Assembly: GCA_963719085.1 (NCBI GenBank)
Contig: CAVRAL010000001.1
Coordinates: forward strand, 224,001 to 288,000
DNA: 64,000 nt
Direction: 5' to 3'
DNA from: a candidate division FCPU426 bacterium
Lineage (GTDB): Bacteria; Oederibacteriota; Muellerivitia; Muellerivitales; Muellerivitaceae
The notes below the pieces were generated by a model. The model searched no databases. It saw only the letters and a list, made by a program, of their open reading frames with translations, and had not been told where the DNA came from. Made by a program: the position numbers and the translations under genes. Of this stretch, positions 57,827 to 64,000 are shown one piece after another (within the stretch, counting starts at the first letter, position 1; each line of letters starts with the position of its first letter).

Positions 57827-59377
57827 TTGAAGAGCTCCCGTGCCTCCAAAATCCGACCGGCGTTATTTTGGGAAAAACGTTATCCGCTGATTTTCTTTTT
57901 GTTCGCTTATTTCCTGTTCAGCCTGTTGACCTATAGGGATTATGGGATTTCCTGGGACGAGTACAGTCACTATTCCATTGGATCGGCCTTTTTCTATTAT
58001 CTGCAGGGGCTTGGCAATCCGGATGATTTCACCCGGTCCCAATGGGGTTTGGATTTTTACACCGGGGGAAGCCAAATCTACATGGCGTTTTTGTATTTTT
58101 GGAACCGGGCTTTTTCAATGGAATATTTCCATTGGCTCAACATGGCTTTCGCCTCCCTGGGGTTTGTGGCGGTCTATGAGATGCTGTTGGCCCAATATGG
58201 GCGGCCGGCCTGGGCTTTGGCGGGGCCGGTTTTCCTGGCCCTGACCCCGCGGTTTATGGGCCAAGTGCCGCTCAACCCCCTTGACCCGGCCTTCGCGGTC
58301 CTCACCATTTTGTCCTTGTGGGCCCTTCATTCCAGTTTTCTTCAGGTCAGGCCGCTATGGCGGACGCTGGTCCTGGGATTGTTGTTCGGGTTGACCTGCT
58401 GCGTCCGGATCGCCGGGTTGTCCTTGTTTTTCGTCTTCGTTCTTTATGAGTCTTATGGATTTTTCCGGCTTTCGGGGAAGAGCATGGAGGGCGGATTCCG
58501 GGATAAGCTGAAGGTTTTTCTTCCGTCTTTGGTTTTGGTTTTCCTCGTTTCGGGTTTTGTGTTGGCGGTGTTCTGGCCTTATTTGGGGGAAGATTTTTTC
58601 CTCCGCTTAAAGAACGCGGTTTTTTTGACGGCCCACTTTCCTTACGACGTCCGGTTCATTTTTATGGGCCATGTGGTTTCCAGCTTGAGCCTGCCCTGGT
58701 ATTACCTGCCGGTTTGGCTTTTGGTATCGACCCCGCTTTTTCTGCTTTTTTTCGCCGCCGGCGCCTTGGTCTGGACCCGGCGGCGGGGGCAAAACGATTT
58801 GTGGGTCCTGCTTCTCACCGCCTTGGGGGTGAATTTGGCCTTGGTTCTTTTTTTAAGGCCGGTGGTTTACCTGGGGATGAGGCATTTCCTCTATTTCCTT
58901 CCGATGCTCGCGGCGATGGCCGCCTTGTCCGTCATTGAGTTTTGCGGTCAATTCTCCAAGCGCAAATGGGCGCGGATTTTGTTGCTGCTGGCGGTCTTGG
59001 ACGCGGGCGGCGTTTTGGTGGAGTGCGCCCGCCTGCATCCTTACGAATATATTTATTTCAACCGCCTGGCGGGAGGGCTTCCGGGAGCCTATGGAAAATT
59101 TGAAATTGAGTATATGGCTACCAGCACCAAGGAAGCGGTGGAGTGGATCAAGGCCCATCCCCGTCCGGATTCCCCCGGGCCCACCCGGATTTTCACCTTC
59201 CAGGAACCCTTTCAGGCGCTTTATTACCTGGATCCGTCCCTGAAGTTGGCGAAGGGCTTGGGGGACGCGGATGACGCGATCATCCTGCCGGCGGAAGGGA
59301 AGCATTGGCTCCATAACCGCTTGGTCTATTCGGTCTCTCGCGAAGGCGTGCCTTTGATGGATATTTACCAGAAGTAA
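57827..59377 (+). CDS. Polytopic GT-C-like (ArnT/PMT) glycosyltransferase
   Basis: DYGISWDE loop, P.F.G...N..D, LPWYYLP, HPYEY.YFN. Confidence 0.78.
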   Translation: MKSSRASKIRPALFWEKRYPLIFFLFAYFLFSLLTYRDYGISWDEYSHYSIGSAFFYYLQGLGNPDDFTRSQWGLDFYTGGSQIYMAFLYFWNRAFSMEYFHWLNMAFASLGFVAVYEMLLAQYGRPAWALAGPVFLALTPRFMGQVPLNPLDPAFAVLTILSLWALHSSFLQVRPLWRTLVLGLLFGLTCCVRIAGLSLFFVFVLYESYGFFRLSGKSMEGGFRDKLKVFLPSLVLVFLVSGFVLAVFWPYLGEDFFLRLKNAVFLTAHFPYDVRFIFMGHVVSSLSLPWYYLPVWLLVSTPLFLLFFAAGALVWTRRRGQNDLWVLLLTALGVNLALVLFLRPVVYLGMRHFLYFLPMLAAMAALSVIEFCGQFSKRKWARILLLLAVLDAGGVLVECARLHPYEYIYFNRLAGGLPGAYGKFEIEYMATSTKEAVEWIKAHPRPDSPGPTRIFTFQEPFQALYYLDPSLKLAKGLGDADDAIILPAEGKHWLHNRLVYSVSREGVPLMDIYQK

Positions 59378-59418
59378 AGCTGGCCCATGGATCCGGGGCT
59401 TTGTTGTAAAATACCGCC

Positions 59419-61074
59419 ATGGTTTCCAAACGCCCCGCCCGGCTCCGGCCCCTCTTCCTTTTTTTCCTATTCGCCGCCCTATTCAGCCTTCAGGTGGTTC
59501 CTCGTTTTTTCGAGGATTCGCCGGCCGCCGATGAGGTCGTCAACATTTCGGACGGTTATTATTATTGGAAGGGCGATGTGCTTTCCGACAATCTCCATCC
59601 GCCGTTGGCCAAGGGCCTGCAAGCCTTGCCGCTTTGGGCGCTGGGCCTTCACGACCATTCCCCCGAGGCTTTTTCCGATTTTGAGCACCGGGACTTTAAT
59701 TTCTTTTTCGCCTTAAATCCCGGCCGGTTTACCCTGATGACCGCTTTGGCCCGGATGGTGACTTTTTTGGGCGGCCTGGGCATTGGTTTTATTTTGGTCA
59801 AGATCGCGGCGGGGGAAGGGCTTGTTTTTTTAGGGATCACCCTCTGTCTTTGGGCCTTTGAGCCGGCGCTCCTGGCTTTTTCGGGGCTTTCGCTTTCGGA
59901 TATCCCACTTACGGTTTTTATGCTGGCGGGCGTTTGGTTTTTTAGGCGCTCCTTGGAACAGCCGGGATGGCGGGCGTCCTTGGCCGCCGGACTTTTTTCG
60001 GCCTTCGCCATTCTGTCCAAATTTTCCGGGGTGTTTTTGCTTCCCCTGTTCCTGGCCTTGGAAGCGGTTTATCTCAAGTCCAAAAATCTAAAATGGAAAA
60101 AATGGGCCAAGGCCTTGGCGCTTCGGTGGGCGGTGGGTTTGGCGGCGGCCTTTTTCCTTATCTTTATTTTTTATTTGCCCGGCACCCTCTGGGCGCCCGA
60201 CCACCGGTTTCCCTTGGCTTATTTTTGGAACGGCTTTACGTCCATGGCGGGTTTGCGGGGCTGGCCCACTTATTTCCGGGGCGTACTGGCGCACCGATAT
60301 TATTGGGACTATTACCCGACGGCCTTTGGTTTGAAAAGCCCCTTAAGTTTTCTCATTCTTTTGGCTTTGGCTTTTTTCCTGGGAGTTACCCGCCGGATTC
60401 GGATTCCCGCCTGGCAGTGGCTGACCCCGGTTTGCTTTTTCGCCGCCATCATGCCTTTCCATGATTTGGGAATTCGTGAAGTTTTGCCGATTTATCCTTT
60501 TGGTATTTTGGTGGCGGCTCGGGCGGGAGAATGGATGTGGAATCATCGGCCCCGGGGAAGCCGGGTCTTTCCCATCTTGTTGGTGGGCTTATTGGGGTTT
60601 CAAACGCTGAGCGTTGCCTTGAGTTTTCCTTTCCAGATAAGCTACTTCAATGAATTAGTCCCACAGGATCGTAAAATTTATTGGCTGGGGGACTCCAATC
60701 TGGATATCGGCCAGGACACCAAGCGGTTGGCCGAAGAAGGCCGGCGTCGGGGATGGACCCATGTCAAATTGGCCTATCTGGGGATTACGGATCCCGCCCT
60801 CTATGGTTTGGCCTGGGAGCATTGGACGCGAAAGGATTTGGCGGGCCCCCAACCTGGATGGGTTTACGCCATTAACGCGGAGTTTATTCAATTGGGCCCG
60901 GCTTTTGACCCAGCGGCGTCGAGTGTGCTCAATAGCTGGATTTTAAAAGCCCCGCCCACCGGCCGGGTCGGGGATACCTGGTATTTCATCGAAATGCCGG
61001 GAAAAATACAGCCCGCTCCTTCGCCTCAAGTGGCTTCGGCGCCATTCTTCACTCATTATGACGGTGGTCATTGA
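59419..61074 (+). CDS. Polytopic GT-C-like (ArnT/PMT) glycosyltransferase
   Basis: DSP.ADE, HPPLAK, SKFSG, SYFNEL, DSNLD.GQD. Confidence 0.78.
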   Translation: MVSKRPARLRPLFLFFLFAALFSLQVVPRFFEDSPAADEVVNISDGYYYWKGDVLSDNLHPPLAKGLQALPLWALGLHDHSPEAFSDFEHRDFNFFFALNPGRFTLMTALARMVTFLGGLGIGFILVKIAAGEGLVFLGITLCLWAFEPALLAFSGLSLSDIPLTVFMLAGVWFFRRSLEQPGWRASLAAGLFSAFAILSKFSGVFLLPLFLALEAVYLKSKNLKWKKWAKALALRWAVGLAAAFFLIFIFYLPGTLWAPDHRFPLAYFWNGFTSMAGLRGWPTYFRGVLAHRYYWDYYPTAFGLKSPLSFLILLALAFFLGVTRRIRIPAWQWLTPVCFFAAIMPFHDLGIREVLPIYPFGILVAARAGEWMWNHRPRGSRVFPILLVGLLGFQTLSVALSFPFQISYFNELVPQDRKIYWLGDSNLDIGQDTKRLAEEGRRRGWTHVKLAYLGITDPALYGLAWEHWTRKDLAGPQPGWVYAINAEFIQLGPAFDPAASSVLNSWILKAPPTGRVGDTWYFIEMPGKIQPAPSPQVASAPFFTHYDGGH

Positions 61075-61208
61075 AAGAAAGCTTTTGCCACCTTATTTTG
61101 GCATCGTTCCGTCTCCGCCCCTCGGGCTACGCCGGGACAGGTCCGGCCTGACCTCCAAGGGTTAAGCGGGACAAACTCGAATTTAAAATTAAAGAGGTTT
61201 TAACCCAA

Positions 61209-63806
61209 ATGGATATCAATCAATTTACCCTGAACGCCCAAAAGGCGCTCCAATCCGCCCAGACCCTGGCCTCCGACTATGGCCACGCCCAGGTCGACAA
61301 TGAGCATTTGTTTTTAGCCCTGCTCCAGCAGGAAGAAAGCGTGGTCTCGCCCCTCCTCAAAAAGATCGGCGCCGATCCCCAGGCCCTCGCCAAGGACCTC
61401 AATGCCGATCTCGCGGGCCTTCCCAAAGTCTCGGGCGACAACCAGGTTTATTTGTCCCCGCGCCTGGGCAAGGCGCTTGACCAAGCCCACAAGGAAGCGG
61501 ACAAGATGAAGGACGAGTATGTCTCCACCGAGCACCTGCTTTTGGCTTTGGTGGAAGCGCCGCACGCCTCCGGCCAGTCGGAAGAATGGGGTGTGAAGGG
61601 TTTGACCAGGCGTTACCATTTGGACCGCAATAAAATCCTCGCGGCCTTGGCTGAAGTCCGCGGCTCGGCGAGGGTGACGGACCAGAATCCCGAGGACAAG
61701 TACCAAGCCCTCACCAAATACGGTCAGGACCTGACGGACCTGGCCCGTCGCGGGAAACTCGATCCGGTCATCGGCCGGGACGAGGAGATCCGCCGGGTCA
61801 TCCAAGTATTGTCGCGCCGCACTAAAAATAACCCGGTCTTGATCGGGGAACCGGGCGTGGGGAAGACCGCCATCGCGGAGGGCTTGGCGGGCCGGATCAT
61901 TTCGGGGGATGTGCCCGAGGGGCTTAAAGGAAAAAGGGTCATCGCGCTTGACCTGGGCGGCATGGTAGCCGGCGCCAAGTTCCGGGGCGAGTTTGAGGAC
62001 CGCCTCAAAGCTTTCTTAAAAGAAGTCACCGAAAGCCAGGGTCAGATCATTCTTTTCATCGACGAACTGCACACTCTGGTCGGGGCCGGAAAGGCCGACG
62101 GGGCCATGGACGCCAGCAATATGCTCAAGCCCGCCTTGGCGCGGGGAGAACTCCGCGCGGTGGGCGCGACCACGCTGGATGAATACCGTAAATATATTGA
62201 GAAAGACCCGGCCCTGGAACGGCGCTTCCAGCAGGTGCTGGTGGGCGAACCCTCCGTGGCCGACACCATCTCGATCCTTCGGGGATTAAAAGAGCGCTAT
62301 GAAATCCATCATGGCGTGCGCATCCAAGATTCCGCGCTGGTGGCGGCCGCTGTGCTTTCCAACCGCTATATCACCAACCGCTTTTTGCCCGACAAGGCCA
62401 TCGACTTGGTCGATGAAGCCGGCTCCAAACTGCGCATGGAAATTGATTCCATGCCCGTGGCCTTGGACGAGGTGGAGCGCAAGATGCGCCAGCTTGAGAT
62501 TGAAAAACAGGCGCTCCAAAAAGAAAAAGACCAGGCGTCCAAAGACCGCTTGGAAAAATTGGATAAGGAATTGGCCAATCTCAAAGAAAGCTCCAGCCAT
62601 TTGAAGACCCGCTGGCAGTCCGAAAAGAAAGTCATTCAGAATGTCCAAAAGATCCGGGAACAACTGGATGCGCTCAAGACCGACGAGGCCAAGTATGAGC
62701 GCGCGGGCGATTTAAACAAGGTGGCCGAGCTTCGCTACGGCCAGACGCCCAAATTGCAGGCCGAATTAAAAGAAGCGCAGGCCAAATTAGATGACCTTCA
62801 AAAGAGCGGCGCTCTATTGAAGGAAGAAGTGACGGACCAGGGCATCGCCGAGGTCGTGGCCAAATGGACCGGTATTCCGGTGGCCAAGATGATGGAAGGC
62901 GAAACCGAAAAGCTGGTTCATATGGAAGATAAACTCAAAGCCCGGGTAGTGGGACAGGATGAGGCCGTGGAAGCCGTGGCCAACGCCATTCGGCGTTCCC
63001 GGTCCGGCTTGTCGGACCCGAACCGGCCTTTAGGCTCATTTTTGTTCGTGGGGCCAACGGGCGTCGGGAAAACCGAATTGGCGAAAGCCTTGGCCGGATA
63101 CCTGTTTGACGACGAGAAGATGATGATCCGTATCGACATGAGCGAATACATGGAAAAACACGCGGTGTCGCGCCTGGTGGGCGCGCCCCCGGGCTATGTG
63201 GGTTATGACGAAGGCGGCCAATTGACGGAGGCCGTCCGCCGCCGCCCCTATTCGGTGGTGCTGTTCGACGAGGTCGAAAAGGCCCACGCCGACGTCTTCA
63301 ATATCCTGCTTCAAGTGCTGGATGACGGCCGGCTGACGGACAGCCAAGGCCGGATCGTCGATTTCAAAAACACGGTTTTGATCATGACCAGCAACATCGC
63401 GTCCCAGCAGATCATGGAATCCAAAAAGAGTGACGCCGATTTGAAGGACGCTTTGCAAAAAGAACTGCGGCAGTTTTTCCGTCCGGAATTCCTCAACCGC
63501 ATCGACGACATCGTGATCTTCCACCGCTTAGGCGAGGATCAATTGGAATCGATCGTGAATATCCAGCTTGAGGGGCTCAAGGCCCGCCTGGCGGATAAAA
63601 AAATTACGCTGGAAATGTCAAAGGGTGCCTTGGCCTACCTGGCGGAAAAAGGTTATGACCCAGTCTTCGGGGCAAGGCCTTTGAAGCGGCTCATTCAAAA
63701 GGAACTGGTGGATAAGCTCGCGCTTCAACTGCTCGACAGTGAGATCAAGGACGGGCAGACCGTGAAGGTGGACGCCAAGGGCGGGGAGTTGACGATTAAA
63801 GTTTAA
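61209..63806 (+). CDS. clpB: Chaperone ClpB
   Basis: Two AAA+ modules ([16 protein letters not shown]), long middle coiled coil, GARPLKR. Confidence 0.98.
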   Translation: MDINQFTLNAQKALQSAQTLASDYGHAQVDNEHLFLALLQQEESVVSPLLKKIGADPQALAKDLNADLAGLPKVSGDNQVYLSPRLGKALDQAHKEADKMKDEYVSTEHLLLALVEAPHASGQSEEWGVKGLTRRYHLDRNKILAALAEVRGSARVTDQNPEDKYQALTKYGQDLTDLARRGKLDPVIGRDEEIRRVIQVLSRRTKNNPVLIGEPGVGKTAIAEGLAGRIISGDVPEGLKGKRVIALDLGGMVAGAKFRGEFEDRLKAFLKEVTESQGQIILFIDELHTLVGAGKADGAMDASNMLKPALARGELRAVGATTLDEYRKYIEKDPALERRFQQVLVGEPSVADTISILRGLKERYEIHHGVRIQDSALVAAAVLSNRYITNRFLPDKAIDLVDEAGSKLRMEIDSMPVALDEVERKMRQLEIEKQALQKEKDQASKDRLEKLDKELANLKESSSHLKTRWQSEKKVIQNVQKIREQLDALKTDEAKYERAGDLNKVAELRYGQTPKLQAELKEAQAKLDDLQKSGALLKEEVTDQGIAEVVAKWTGIPVAKMMEGETEKLVHMEDKLKARVVGQDEAVEAVANAIRRSRSGLSDPNRPLGSFLFVGPTGVGKTELAKALAGYLFDDEKMMIRIDMSEYMEKHAVSRLVGAPPGYVGYDEGGQLTEAVRRRPYSVVLFDEVEKAHADVFNILLQVLDDGRLTDSQGRIVDFKNTVLIMTSNIASQQIMESKKSDADLKDALQKELRQFFRPEFLNRIDDIVIFHRLGEDQLESIVNIQLEGLKARLADKKITLEMSKGALAYLAEKGYDPVFGARPLKRLIQKELVDKLALQLLDSEIKDGQTVKVDAKGGELTIKV

Positions 63807-63827
63807 TCTCGTTTGGGGAGGCTTGGC

Positions 63828-64000
63828 ATGCATTCTGATTCCAATCCAGTCTATATCCTCTCATCGGCTCGGGTGCCATTCGTTAAAAGCCAAACGGCCT
63901 ACAATGACGTCTCCCGAAAAGACCTGATGGTGGCCTCCCTCAAGGCTTTGGTCGAGAAGGCCAACTTGAAAGGGAAGCTCTTGGGCGATGTGGCGCTGGG
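63828..64000 (+). CDS. Acetyl-CoA acyltransferase (thiolase), N-terminal fragment
   Basis: MHSDSNPVYILSSARVPFVKS..AY...DL...LKALV...L.G..LGDVALG; GGAGG SD. Confidence 0.8.
   Translation, partial: MHSDSNPVYILSSARVPFVKSQTAYNDVSRKDLMVASLKALVEKANLKGKLLGDVAL

Noticed and set aside
61086..61103. TGCCA-N8-TGGCA inverted repeat upstream of clpB as CIRCE or sigma54 site
   Set aside because: Matches neither TTAGCACTC-N9-GAGTGCTAA nor GG-N10-GC spacing; too short to call

Overview
Moderately GC-rich bacterial chromosome segment, mostly core genes. It runs from the end of the dcw cluster (ddl tail, ftsQ, ftsA, ftsZ) through envelope genes (polysaccharide deacetylase, amidase, pgeF), a Gly-rich autotransporter (implying an outer membrane), an OGG1-type glycosylase, an atypical two-component locus, HU, rel-ridA, guaB-guaA, dnaE, speE plus a basic amino-acid decarboxylase, galE, orn and two def paralogs to clpB and a thiolase start. 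It also holds six large GT-C or O-antigen-ligase-like membrane proteins. I saw no rRNA, tRNA, CRISPR array, transposase or phage genes. The most unusual signals: (1) about eleven 80-130 nt intergenic inverted-repeat elements from several sequence families, each just downstream of a stop codon; one is read through by a 55-codon ORF bridging ftsQ and ftsA; (2) a candidate three-way-junction RNA with a kissing loop after ftsZ; (3) an NtrC-like regulator with all ATPase and sigma54-contact motifs degenerate; (4) a 59-codon uORF coupled to speE; (5) an S1/P1 nuclease with three Zn ligands changed to Asn; (6) a large orphan protein and a B-box/Pro-rich membrane protein. Three apparent frameshifts may be sequencing errors; two share the same CGACTC->CAGACTC context. 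All family assignments come from recognising motifs by eye; no searches were run.
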